Part shown: in pieces, positions 46,990-57,249 of the stretch | How the letters are laid out: the number at the start of each line of letters is the position of its first letter | Numbering within the stretch: position 1 is the first letter of the stretch | Virus record (IMG/VR): IMGVR_UViG_3300045988_130225 | Location: 32,001 to 96,000 of that record | DNA length: 64,000 nt | Strand: one strand, 5' to 3' | Source: a virus | Translations under genes and position numbers: made by a program | Notes under the pieces: generated by a model | Told to the model about the DNA's origin: nothing | Databases searched by the model: none | What the model saw: the letters and a program-made list of their open reading frames with translations, nothing else

Positions 46990-47715
46990 ATAGCAAACAA
47001 GAGAACAAGTAAATGAGTAAACGTAATTAATTATTTAGTCGAAAGTTTACAGAGTTTGACAGTTGCTAAAATAACTAAATTTATAGGTTTGGCATGAGGA
47101 AGAGTTATTGTGTAACAAGGGCCGTCGAATGTAATTAAAATCTACGGAGAACAAACTCCGGTAAAAGCCCTGCGTATGAAAGTGGTGTATATCTTTTTTG
47201 TTAGGTTCAGCTTTTGCCTAAATCGTGTGTAGACGAAGAAAAGATATATAAAAGCAAAAATAGGTTTTTTCTCTGAATCATGTTAAATCGGCGGTTGGTT
47301 GGTTATTAAGTGTAAGCGCAAACACGTAATAACGCAACATGATGTGTCACTACTCACAACCGCTTTTGGTATGCTATCCACACATACCAAAGCCTCCTAA
47401 TTCGCAATACAAAAGATTAATTTTCTCCTTTTTGACTAGTAACTTTTCTGGTAGATGGACGTGAATAGTCAAAGGTGGCAACTTGTTTTATCGAGGAATA
47501 AGTTGCCACATACATAGTAATTGAAAACTGAATATTTGAGATTACTAAAAAATCCGTTAATAATGAAAATGCTAAGTATTCATAGATACGATAAATATTT
47601 AGCTTAAAATGTTATTAAAAACCTACTCTGTAGAGATATAAACCATGGCAGTGAGAACGTATCTAGTCTGTGATTACAGAATATTATCCTTTGGTAGCGG
47701 TTGAGGGGATATTAA
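46990..47715 (+). ncRNA. Large structured noncoding RNA candidate (GOLLD/ROOL-like by context)
   Basis: No ORF; strong promoter; many nested stems (AGGGC 47118-47122/GCCCT 47167-47171; CGGAG/CTCCG 47145-47160; TATATCTTTT 47188-47197/AAAAGATATA 47239-47248; GCGGTTG 47291-47297/CAACCGC 47357-47363; GTGGCAACTT 47475-47484/AAGTTGCCAC 47500-47509). Confidence 0.6.
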
Positions 47716-47719
47716 TTAA

Positions 47720-47791
47720 AGGGCATTAGCCAAGCGGAAAGGCAAAACACTTTGACTGTTTCATGCGTAGGTCCGAATCCTACATGCCCTG
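47720..47791 (+). tRNA. tRNA-Gln (anticodon TTG)
   Basis: AGGGCAT/ATGCCCT acceptor, D-stem GCC/GGC, anticodon arm AAACA-CTTTGAC-TGTTT, T-arm GTAGG-TCCGAAT-CCTAC. Confidence 0.88.
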
Positions 47792-47821
47792 TTTATAAAA
47801 ATAAATGTTTGGTGATTAAAA

Positions 47822-48570
47822 ATGAATACTAATATTAAATATTATGAACGTAAAGTTCCAATAGTTGATACTTATTCTGTTAAAGAATTAGAAGAAATTG
47901 TGAAAAATTCATATTCTTTTAAAGAAGTAATTTTAAAATTGGGGTATAAAACGCAGAATGGAAGTAATATAAAAACAGTAAGAAACAGATTAGAAAACTT
48001 AAACATTGATTATAGTCATTTTGCTTCTACTATGCAAATAAAAAGAACCTATGAAAATGTATTTTGTAAAAATAGTACAACTACACAGCATGTTTTAAGA
48101 CGGTGGTATAAGAAAATAAGTAATGATAATATTTGTACTATTTGCAGACAGGATAAAATCTGGAATAATAAAGAATTGACTATGATTTTAGACCACATTG
48201 ATGGCAACAATCATAACAATGTAACTTCAAATCTACGGTGGATTTGTCCTAATTGCAACAGTCAGTTGCCTACATTTGCAGGCAGAAATTTAAGATTAGA
48301 AATGTAAAGTTAAAACATACAAGAGAAAAGAAAATTTGTCCTATTTGCAACAAAAATATCCTTTCTAACAGTGATAATAAAATGTGTATTGATTGCTACA
48401 AAAATTATCAATCCAGAAATATTCCTGCTAAAGAAGAGTTAGAAAAATTAATTTATAATACGCCTTTTGTAAAAATTGGTAAAAAATACGGGGTATCAGA
48501 TAACGCTGTAAGAAATTGGTGTAAGAAATACGGCTTACCTTATAAATATAATGATTTACACAAAAGATAA
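47822..48570 (+). pseudogene. HNH homing endonuclease, frameshifted into two ORFs (47822..48307 and 48253..48570)
   Basis: CTICRQDK...LDHIDGNNHNNVTSNLRWICPNCNSQLPTFAGRN then KLKHTREKKICPICNK...GKKYGVSDNAVRNWCKKYGLPYK in another frame. Confidence 0.7.
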
Positions 48571-48675
48571 TTAATTTATTATGTTTAAGTCTTGTTGGAA
48601 AGAATTAGTAGATATTATAGGTAATCTATTAAACAATGCAAGTTCAACTCTTGCACCTAAATTTTTATCATAAAC

Positions 48676-48749
48676 GGAACAATATTTCAACTGGTTAGAA
48701 AGTTCGGCTCATAACCGAAAAGTTATAGGTTCGAGTCCTATTTGTTCCA
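48676..48749 (+). tRNA. tRNA-Met (anticodon CAT)
   Basis: GGAACAA/TTGTTCC acceptor, TTCGG-CTCATAA-CCGAA anticodon arm, ATAGG-TTCGAGT-CCTAT T-arm. Confidence 0.9.
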
Positions 48750-48853
48750 TTAGAAGAATAATCAATATTGCACACCATCACCTTATAATTATAATGACGT
48801 TCCCCCTAAAATAACGTTTATTACTGCAATATTAATTGTTCTTCACAATACAA

Positions 48854-48912
48854 AACAGTAATACAGTATAACAACTCCCACCACCAATGTTTATGCTGTA
48901 TTACTGTTTTTT
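48854..48912 (+). terminator. Rho-independent terminator after tRNA-Met
   Basis: AACAGTAATACAG...CTGTATTACTGTTTTTT, 13-bp stem. Confidence 0.85.
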
Positions 48913-48929
48913 ATAGAACAGTAAGCCAA

Positions 48930-50168
48930 AAACCCCCATTAGCTTTAGCTGATGGGAAGAATAGTGGAGAACAATTAACTGAGAGTGAGGTGATTATAGA
49001 TGTTGGTAGCATACAAATACAGATTGTATCCGAATAAAGAACAACAAGAATATTTTGCTAAATGTTTTGGGTGTGTACGATTTATCTATAATCGTATGCT
49101 TTCAGATAAGATTGACTATTATAAAGAAACAAAGAAAAAGCTGAATAATACACCTGCTCAGTACAAGAAAAAGTTTGAGTGGCTAAAAGAAGTAGATTCA
49201 CTTGCATTAGCAAATGCTCAAATGAATTTGCAGACAGCCTATAACAATTTTTTCAAACGTCCAGAAGTGGGTTTTCCAAAATTCAAAAGCAAGAAGAATA
49301 ATCACTTCTCTTATACTACAAATAATCAGGGAGGAAACATTTATGTGACAGACCGATACATAAAACTCCCTAAGATTGGACTTGTTAGAGTTCGGAAACA
49401 TAGAGATTTTGAAGGATTAATTAAGTCTGTTACTATTTCTAAAAGTCCGTCTGGTAAATACTTTGTTTCAGTATTAGTAGACCAAAAAGATAAAGAAAAA
49501 TTAATTCCAAACAATAACCAAATTGGAATTGATTTAGGTATTAAAGAATTTTGTATTACTTCTGATGAAGAGATGATTCAAAATCCAAAGTTTCTTAGAA
49601 AGTCTGAAAAGAAATTAAGAAAATTACAAAAGGATTTATCTCGTTGTCAAAAAGAAAGTAAAAATAGAGAAAAATGCAGAATTAAAGTCGCAAGACAACA
49701 TGAAAAGATTGCAAATCAACGTAAAGATTTTCTACATAAGTTATCTAGGCGATTTATTGATGAAAACCAAATCATTGCATTAGAAACTTTGAAAATTAAA
49801 AATATGATGAGTAATCATAAATTAGCAAAATCAATAGCAGATGTATCATGGTCTGAATTTGTAAGACAATTAGAGTATAAGGCTCAGTGGTATGGTAGAG
49901 AAATCGTAAGGATTGATACTTGGTATCCATCAAGTCAGATATGCTCTAATTGTGGTCACAAAGACAGAAGAAAGCCATTATCAGTAAGAGAATGGATCTG
50001 TCCTAATTGTGGTACACATCATGAAAGGGATATAAATGCAGCTATAAATATTCTTAAAGAAGGTTTGAGAATTAAAACGGCAGGAACTGTCGAGATAGTC
50101 TAAGTAAACTTGTGCGGTTACGCATATTGATTAGAAAATCCAATGAGTTTTAACTCATGGGTAGTTCA
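48930..50168 (+). mobile_element. IS200/IS605-type TnpB-only element
   Basis: Left hairpin CCCATTAGCTTTAGCTGATGGG (48935-48956), intact tnpB, right hairpin ATGAGTTTTAACTCAT (50143-50158) followed by GTTCAGAG like the second element. Confidence 0.75.
49000..50103 (+). CDS. tnpB: TnpB/IS200-IS605 OrfB family RNA-guided nuclease, intact
   Basis: 367 aa; [64 protein letters not shown]. Confidence 0.94.
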   Translation: MLVAYKYRLYPNKEQQEYFAKCFGCVRFIYNRMLSDKIDYYKETKKKLNNTPAQYKKKFEWLKEVDSLALANAQMNLQTAYNNFFKRPEVGFPKFKSKKNNHFSYTTNNQGGNIYVTDRYIKLPKIGLVRVRKHRDFEGLIKSVTISKSPSGKYFVSVLVDQKDKEKLIPNNNQIGIDLGIKEFCITSDEEMIQNPKFLRKSEKKLRKLQKDLSRCQKESKNREKCRIKVARQHEKIANQRKDFLHKLSRRFIDENQIIALETLKIKNMMSNHKLAKSIADVSWSEFVRQLEYKAQWYGREIVRIDTWYPSSQICSNCGHKDRRKPLSVREWICPNCGTHHERDINAAINILKEGLRIKTAGTVEIV

Positions 50169-50216
50169 GAGGTAAGTTAATGAGTAGATGTAGAGGTAAG
50201 TTAATGAGTAGATGTA
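50169..50216 (+). repeat. Tandem direct repeat, 2 x 24 bp
   Basis: GAGGTAAGTTAATGAGTAGATGTA twice, exact. Confidence 0.95.
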
Positions 50217-50557
50217 ATTGTCAGCATTGTGATGCTTATATCAACATTCCAATAAACTGGTTCACAATGTATTTCTATGAGGACTTAACAAGATGTTGGA
50301 TTTTTTGGCATATGAAAATGAATCATGATTTTCAGAGTACAGAAGATAATTGGTTTACTTTTGTATTAAGATTTATTGGGTTAATGTTAAAATTTGATTT
50401 AGCTTGTGTGTTGATTTCAGTGAAGATTGTGCTGACACCATTTTTAATGTTGGATAAATTTTTATTCTTTGACGCTAGAAGAGATATGGATTTTGAATAT
50501 TTGGATAGTGATGAAGTTGAGGAAGATGAAGATAAAAGTGAGGATAAGGAGAATTAA
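50180..50557 (+). CDS. Hypothetical protein
   Basis: 125-aa ORF; start duplicated by tandem repeat. Confidence 0.55.
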   Translation: MSRCRGKLMSRCNCQHCDAYINIPINWFTMYFYEDLTRCWIFWHMKMNHDFQSTEDNWFTFVLRFIGLMLKFDLACVLISVKIVLTPFLMLDKFLFFDARRDMDFEYLDSDEVEEDEDKSEDKEN

Positions 50558-50563
50558 ATAAAA

Positions 50564-52157
50564 ATGAAAAACAGTAAAAGGATTGTATCGAAGATACAGA
50601 AGAATGTTCAAAAAGAAATAGTGTTAGTATCAAAAAATAGAGAGAGGAAATGGCAACTCGTTAATTTTTGTGAATTTGACAAATATGCAACAAAATCATA
50701 CTGTGCCATTCATGGTGTTGATGAATCATTGAATCTTGGTGATATTACAAAGGTTGATGAAACAAAGCTTAAACCATTTAATATGATTTGTGGAGGTAGC
50801 CCGTGTCAAGATTTTTCTATAGCAGGTAAGCAAAAGGGTTCTGTTTGGACTTGCAAAGAATGTGGACATGAATATAATCCATTGACGGTACATTGGCTAA
50901 AAAGAGATAAGTGTCCATGCTGTGGAAGTAACAATATTGAAAAAAACTCGTTCATCTCTTTTAGTAGAGTATTTAAGAGTAATAAGAGCGAACAAACCCA
51001 ATTTTGGTTTGTATGAAAATGTTAAAAATATTGTTGGAAAACAATTTAAAGAAACTACTTTTAAATTATTTACTGATGAATTGAAAGAATATGATTATAA
51101 TGTGTATTGGAAAGTTTTAAATGCAAAAAATTACGGTATTCCGCAGAATAGAGAACGTGTTTATTTAATTTTTATCAAGAAAGACTTGGATAATGGCAAG
51201 TTTAAGTTTCCAGAGCCATTTGATAATGGTGTTCGATTGAAAGATATGCTTGAAGATAAAGTAGATGAAAAGTATTATATTTCAAAAGATAAAATTGAAA
51301 AATTTTTAAAGAATTTTAATTATGATTTTAGTAAAAATCAGTTAGGCAGTATTGAAAATAATAATTCTCAAACCAATAGAGTATATAATATAGATAAAGA
51401 ATCACCAACTTTAAACACTTGTTCTGGTGGTAATCATCAACCAAAAGTTTTATTAGGAGTTGATAAAACTTTTAATAACCCAAAAATTATAGATGAAGCT
51501 AATTGTTTATGTGCAAGATATGATTGTGGTTTTACTAAAAGAGTTTCAGAAGGCACAGCAGTTTTAGAAAGTATTCCAATTTTAGTTTCAAAGAAAGGCG
51601 AAAAGTTTGATAAAAAGATTAATGAAGCAAATACGTTATTAGCCCGTGATTATAAAGGGTTTGGAAATCAAACTATGAACGCAGTTATTCAAATCCCGCA
51701 AGCAACTAAAAAAGGCTATATTGAATGTGAGCAAAATGGTGTTGCAGATTTATCATATCCAACTTCTACTACAAGAAGAGGGCGTGTACAAGAAAACGGA
51801 AATATTTCACCAACTCTTACAGCATCAGAAACAAATATTTGTAAGATAGAATCATTGATTAGAATTAGAAAATTAACACCAAAAGAATGTTTTAGACTTA
51901 TGGGTTTTTCTGATAATGATTTTGAAAAAGCTGAGAAAACGGTAAGTAATTCACAATTATATAAACAAGCAGGTAACTCTATTGTTGTAGATGTGCTTTA
52001 TTATATATTAGTTGAATTATATAAAGCAATGCCATATCTGTTCGATGATTTGAAACTAAGTAGTTTTTTCTCTGGAATTGGAGCGTTTGAGATAGCATTG
52101 GATAGATTATATAAAGGAATAAATTCTGGAAATTTTATAAGTCTACAAGTAGATTAA
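50564..52157 (+). CDS. DNA (cytosine-5) methyltransferase, frameshifted (50564..51016 + 50922..52157) with motif I at C-terminus
   Basis: GGSPCQDFSIAG (motif IV), LYENVKN (VI), QNRERVYLI (VIII), LTPKECFRLMGFSDNDF (IX), QAGNSIVVDVLYYI (X), then LSSFFSGIGAFEIALDRLYKGI (motif I). Confidence 0.85.
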
Positions 52158-52358
52158 GTTCTGCTTGTGGTAAAAATAAATTTATATATTGTTTAAAATA
52201 TCAACGTACTGAATATGGTAAAAAGATTAGAAAAGATTATGAAAATGGCAAAATAAAAGAAAAACGTTGTAATATGAGAAATTATACAATAAGAGAAGAT
52301 GAATGTTGTAATACTTTAACAACAGTACAGAAAGATAATTATATTATAATAAAAAGAG

Positions 52359-52694
52359 GTGAAGCAAATGAAAGTAAAGAAAGTAAAAGGAATATCTGAA
52401 ATGGGATTTTTTGAAATGAGTTTTGATTTTAAATTTGGAGATAAAGTAAAACCTGTAAACCTCTGTCAATATACTCTTGCTATCGACAGTGAAGTATATT
52501 TGCAAAGTATAAGCAACATGAAAATAATCAATGCTAAAAGTCTTATCGCACTTAGCCAGTTTCCTTATTTCCCCACTGAAACTGTAAGACTTATTATTAA
52601 AGATAACAAGTCAAGTGAAGCAAACAAGGCTTTAGAATATTTTCTAAGTCAGAACACATTTATTGTCAGAAAGCGAGTTGTTCAACATGATTGA
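52359..52694 (+). CDS. Hypothetical protein
   Basis: 111-aa ORF; likely start MKVKKVKGISEMGF with GAGGTG RBS. Confidence 0.6.
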   Translation: MKQMKVKKVKGISEMGFFEMSFDFKFGDKVKPVNLCQYTLAIDSEVYLQSISNMKIINAKSLIALSQFPYFPTETVRLIIKDNKSSEANKALEYFLSQNTFIVRKRVVQHD

Positions 52695-53118
52695 TAAATT
52701 AAGAGAAGCAAAAAAAGGTAAACTTACCAAAGAAGAAAACGCAATTAAACAGGTTTCAGCATGTATAAAGGCATGGGAAAATAATGAACCTGCGACACTT
52801 AGCACTGAAACAATGAAAACAATCCTTAAAACTTTAAAAGAGATAAAAGATTTTCGTGACGTTGGCAACGTAAAAACTATAAAAGAATTAAAAAAACTCA
52901 GCCTTAAACGTCAACCTAAAAATCTTAATAAAAAATATTGCGACTACAAAGTTGACGATGAAGAAATCCATTCTTTCTATGGCATCTGCCCCAACTGCGA
53001 GCAACCATTAAATTTCTACTGGCATCAGAAATATTGCGGCAACTGTGGACAAGCCCTTATCTGGCGAAACTTAAAGTCAGTAATAAGCAAGAAAGACCTT
53101 GACAAAATCATAAAGTGA
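52687..53118 (+). CDS. Hypothetical protein with C-terminal zinc ribbon
   Basis: 143 aa; GICPNCEQPLNFYWHQKYCGNCGQAL. Confidence 0.65.
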   Translation: MIDKLREAKKGKLTKEENAIKQVSACIKAWENNEPATLSTETMKTILKTLKEIKDFRDVGNVKTIKELKKLSLKRQPKNLNKKYCDYKVDDEEIHSFYGICPNCEQPLNFYWHQKYCGNCGQALIWRNLKSVISKKDLDKIIK

Positions 53119-53134
53119 CACGTTCACATTTTTA

Positions 53135-53172
53135 AACCCCTTAGTAACACAAAGTACAAGGGGTTCTTTTTT
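53135..53172 (+). terminator. Rho-independent terminator
   Basis: AACCCCTT...AAGGGGTTCTTTTTT. Confidence 0.85.
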
Positions 53173-53817
53173 ATTTTCAACCAAGTTATCACATTCAGAA
53201 CAAAATTCCCCTATATCTACTTTCTACGGACTGTTACCACCCTAAATCAGAATAAATCCCCCTAACTCAGAGCACGAGATTTCGCCCTATATTGCAAAAC
53301 ACTACATGAAGCCCAAGGGAGTAATTATTTGCAATGTCCTATAAATTGGACACCTAAAACACTAATGAAAATCATTTAAGACTTGAAGCATTGCAATTCG
53401 CCCACTCGAAAACGCCTACGCAAAAACCATTACTTTTCGACTATAGGGGGTCAAGGCACTTTTCGCCAATAGTTCTTTTTAGAACCATTTTTCCGTTATT
53501 CATAAATTTTAATAACGAACAGTGAAATGACAAAACACCTGTCTTTACAACTGACAAGACAACTGACAAGACATTTCTTAATTTTCCACTATGGTTATGA
53601 TATACCACTCTCCCCTAAATTTAACTACCTGTGGTCACTCTTATATACCGTTACAACTCATTTAAACGCCCCTAGAAACGATTTTAATAGATAAGACGAT
53701 TAAGTTATCATACGCAGACTAAAACGCCCACATTTGCCTTGTACTGTTTCATATAAAAAGTGACACCTTATCATGCTCCTAAAACCTCTACAGAAATAAT
53801 AGTCAAAATTTAAACCA

Positions 53818-53831
53818 GTATACCGGTATAC
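53818..53831. repeat. 14-bp perfect palindrome
   Basis: GTATACCGGTATAC. Confidence 0.9.
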
Positions 53832-54699
53832 GGCGAATGACCCCCTTGTTCCCCAGTATACAATTACCCCCCTCTATCAGATAATATATTATCTATTGTA
53901 AAGAGTAGATGACTAAGAGATAGAACTACAAGAATTATAAGAATAGATAAGAGATAAGAGGATTGAGAACTGGATAATATGTTGGTTATTACATACTCGT
54001 AAATGTTGCAAAATCCCTATTCTGTGTTATCACCTACACCTATAAAACCACTAGGCATAAAGAGCAAAATGATACACACATTTTCGTCATATATATCTTA
54101 AATACTCTTAGACGATTTACTGTGTGCTATTGTTGTGAGAAATGATATGAAAAGTATAGGTGGTTAAGGTGGTGTGAAAATGGTCTGGGATAGGTATGGG
54201 GAATTTGGTTATCGTGCGTGTGCGTTATATATAATTATATATAGTGGGAGTTAATAAGTAGGAAACGGTGAAGTGATGAGAGATGAAAAACTAAGGATTG
54301 ATATGAACATAAGGATTTAGGAATATAGAGGGCAGAAGGATATATAAGGATATATGATATAAGGTGAGAGTGGGCGTGAGTGGGTGCGGAGATAATGATG
54401 ATAGTTGGGATAGAGCAATAGCAATGGGGGATAGGGGGTAACAGGAGCAATAGATAGAGAGATAATTGAAATACTATGAATATTGGGTGAATATTGAGTT
54501 GTGGGAGTGTGCGGTGTATCAGCTATTCCGAGTATGCGAAAATCGTATATACGAATTGTCTGAAAATACCCCGGTTATACGTGACTAACAGAATGAGTGT
54601 TCGACTAGCCCAGAGGAGGGGGCGATATACTCTGCCTGCATAGGTTCGGAACGTCAAAAAACATGGCTATAATAAATCATTATAGACACGTTTTGCATG

Positions 54700-54718
54700 T
54701 TATCAATATATTGATAAT
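54700..54718. repeat. Palindrome TTATCAATATATTGATAA
   Basis: 18-bp perfect palindrome; near-copy at ~61979-61997. Confidence 0.85.
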
Positions 54719-56196
54719 ACTATACGTTCAAAACTAATGGTTTTTATTGATACTTGAACACTTTTAACGTGATTGATATATTGGAAGTATTATATTATGT
54801 TAAAAAAATGACGTAATAAGAAGGTACTATATATGTGATACCGCATACCATTAGCTAAGTTATCTTCCTTTATGTTTCTTCTTTCCCCTCTTCTCTTCAT
54901 ACGCTCTCAATAGTCCGCATGAAACATTGTATATACTTATTATATCTATATTATTCCATCATCCTCTTTCTCCATCTTCCCATATCCTACTATACCATCT
55001 TCCATTCTTTCACCTATCAACCCACTTTCCATCCGTTCATATATCCCACTTATACCAGATCCATTTCAATTCCATTTCCATTTCCACCTGTCATCATTCC
55101 CCACACTTCCACATCTTACAATTAATCCCATGTCTTATCATATCTCATATCACATCTTCTGTTATCTCATACCACCGCACAACATACCCATACCATCTTA
55201 CATAGTAACAATAACCACATACATAGTATTCAATACTACTTGTAATCTTACTCATATCCCATATCATGTTTTACAATACTATCTCATATCCCTATTAATC
55301 CACTATGTTAATATGTTACCCATAAACCCATTATCCATATAGGTTAATATATAAATCATAAACCCTATAACATACTATGTTATTGAATTATAACATAATT
55401 ATATGAGTTGTTGTTATTGATATCATTTTAGGCAATACTTTTATCGCAACGGCTCAATTTTAGTCAATACTTAAAATTTGTACGAAAACTATTGGCATTT
55501 TAGCAATAATGATACATACTAAAACGTTTAATATATATATTATATATGGCACGAAAATGTATGTGTTATTGTTTGAAAAATTGCTACAATTTTCATTATG
55601 TTAGCACAACTCCAATTTTTTGGTTTACATAAGGTGTGAATATTCAGACGCAATTTGAATTTTAGAATAATTTAGCTGTACTTATTAATAAGTGGCGTTT
55701 TTAATAAGTGTATCTAATAATAAATGGCAAGCGATCCAATGCCGGATTTATGTAAATGCCGTTTAAAGCCCTTAGAAGCCGTTTTAAAGCGTTTTAGGGC
55801 TTTCAAAGCATATTTTATCATTAAATGTTTTTCCAATCGAAACTATGTTATGTGGTATTGAAAACTACGTTATTATCTGACAATTTGGCACTCATTAGTG
55901 GTAAGTGCTAATAAGTAAACATATGTGAATTATTGCCATATATGAATAGTAAATAAATGTTTATTAATGGGCTTCTAACATAAAAGCAAAAACACCTATA
56001 TAAGCAATGGGGCTTGTATGTATGCTTACTTATATATATGTATATATGCATGGTGTTTTATATGGGACTTGCATATGCTTTTATATAGTAGTCTGCTTTT
56101 TTTGTAAATCCCTTATATATAGGAAGTAATACAATCGAATAGATGTTTTTATGAAAAATGTATAAAAAAATATATGTTTTTTGGTAGTTTTTACCA

Positions 56197-56225
56197 TTGA
56201 GTATATATATACTTTTTGCTATACT
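56197..56225 (+). promoter_or_regulatory. sigma70/sigmaA-type promoter
   Basis: TTGAGT-17 nt-TATACT. Confidence 0.65.
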
Positions 56226-56345
56226 TGCATTATCAAATGAATCAAATCATTTCCATATCGGAAATATTAAGAATATACGTTCTGTATATTCCAAAAAAAA
56301 TAAAATTAAACATTAAATCATACATATAAAAGGAGAAGAAAAACA

Positions 56346-56639
56346 ATGAAAAAAATATTAAAAGCAAGTACAAAGAGTGGCGCGCGTTGGATCGTATCCG
56401 CAAAAAAAGAAGAAGGCTATAGACTTTCCGATATTTATGAAAGCTATAGCATAGGCAAAGAAAACGCCTATAACGATTGCTTCAACAAATATGTTTCTGC
56501 TGAAACTTCAAAAAATTTCCGTATTTTTTCTCATAATACTTTTGGTTTTTCTGTAGCTTGGGAGGAAACCATAGAAAATGAAGAATATTTACATATTGAA
56601 ACACCACAAAACACATATATTGTGGCTTTAAATCAATAA
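56346..56639 (+). CDS. Hypothetical protein
   Basis: 97-aa ORF, RBS AAAGGAGAAG. Confidence 0.65.
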   Translation: MKKILKASTKSGARWIVSAKKEEGYRLSDIYESYSIGKENAYNDCFNKYVSAETSKNFRIFSHNTFGFSVAWEETIENEEYLHIETPQNTYIVALNQ

Positions 56640-56681
56640 ATAGTTTAATTGTCTGAAAAATAAAACAGGAGGATTTATATT

Positions 56682-56948
56682 ATGAGATTGTCAAAAGAAG
56701 AAAGATTAAATTATCAAGAGAAAGAACCAATTTCCGTTTATGGTATATCAAATTTTGGCGGTATAGCCATTATTGATATAATTCATGATGTGGACGAATA
56801 TATTGTGTGGTATGATTCCCAGATTGAATCTTCTGAAAAGCGTAAAATTCATGTTTCAAAGATTTATTATTCTGAAAATGACTGTTATTTTAAACCATAC
56901 GGAAGCATGTATATCAAGTTGTCGGAATGTTCACGCATTCTGGCATAA
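56682..56948 (+). CDS. Hypothetical protein
   Basis: 88-aa ORF, RBS AGGAGG. Confidence 0.65.
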   Translation: MRLSKEERLNYQEKEPISVYGISNFGGIAIIDIIHDVDEYIVWYDSQIESSEKRKIHVSKIYYSENDCYFKPYGSMYIKLSECSRILA

Positions 56949-56972
56949 AAATATAAAAAAGGAGAAAACAAA

Positions 56973-57125
56973 ATGAAAGAACTGAAAAATATCATAGAAG
57001 CAATTAATAATTCTGAAAATTGGGCTGATTGCCTAGAAGAATGTGAAAAATTGTGCGAACTTGCTGGACTGTCCGAAGAATGGAACAAGGCAAGCGGAGA
57101 AAGGGAAATTTGCCCCAAAGGGTAA
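56973..57125 (+). CDS. Small hypothetical protein (50 aa)
   Basis: RBS AAAGGAG; MKELKNIIEAINNSENWADCLEECEKLCELAGLSEEWNKASGEREICPKG*. Confidence 0.55.
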   Translation: MKELKNIIEAINNSENWADCLEECEKLCELAGLSEEWNKASGEREICPKG

Positions 57126-57249
57126 TATCGTTTAATTTGAAAAGTCAATTTGAAAATGAAAAGTTTTTTCTTTTTTATTTTTTCTTTTCCTTTATAATAA
57201 GGAAGTCTTTCATTTCTTTTATTTTTTTAATCTTTTTATATTATATCTA

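Larger units (their letters stand above)
53173..56196. other. Gene-free region, candidate replication origin/regulatory region
   Basis: No plausible CDS over ~3 kb, strong switch from G-rich/C-poor to C-rich/G-poor composition, several palindromes. Confidence 0.55.

Noticed and set aside
47640-47715. Additional tRNA upstream of tRNA-Gln
   Set aside because: Hairpin-rich but no T-arm or acceptor pairing could be assembled; treated as part of the large structured RNA candidate.
54692-54725. Protelomerase (telomere resolution) site
   Set aside because: The palindrome is only ~18 bp perfect and no protelomerase/tyrosine recombinase-like ORF is visible in the window.
54235-55342. ORFs 71, 68, 92 and 70 aa in the gene-free region
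   Set aside because: Extremely biased amino acid composition (H/S/P/Y/I/T) reflecting pyrimidine-rich DNA, no RBS, overlapping frames.
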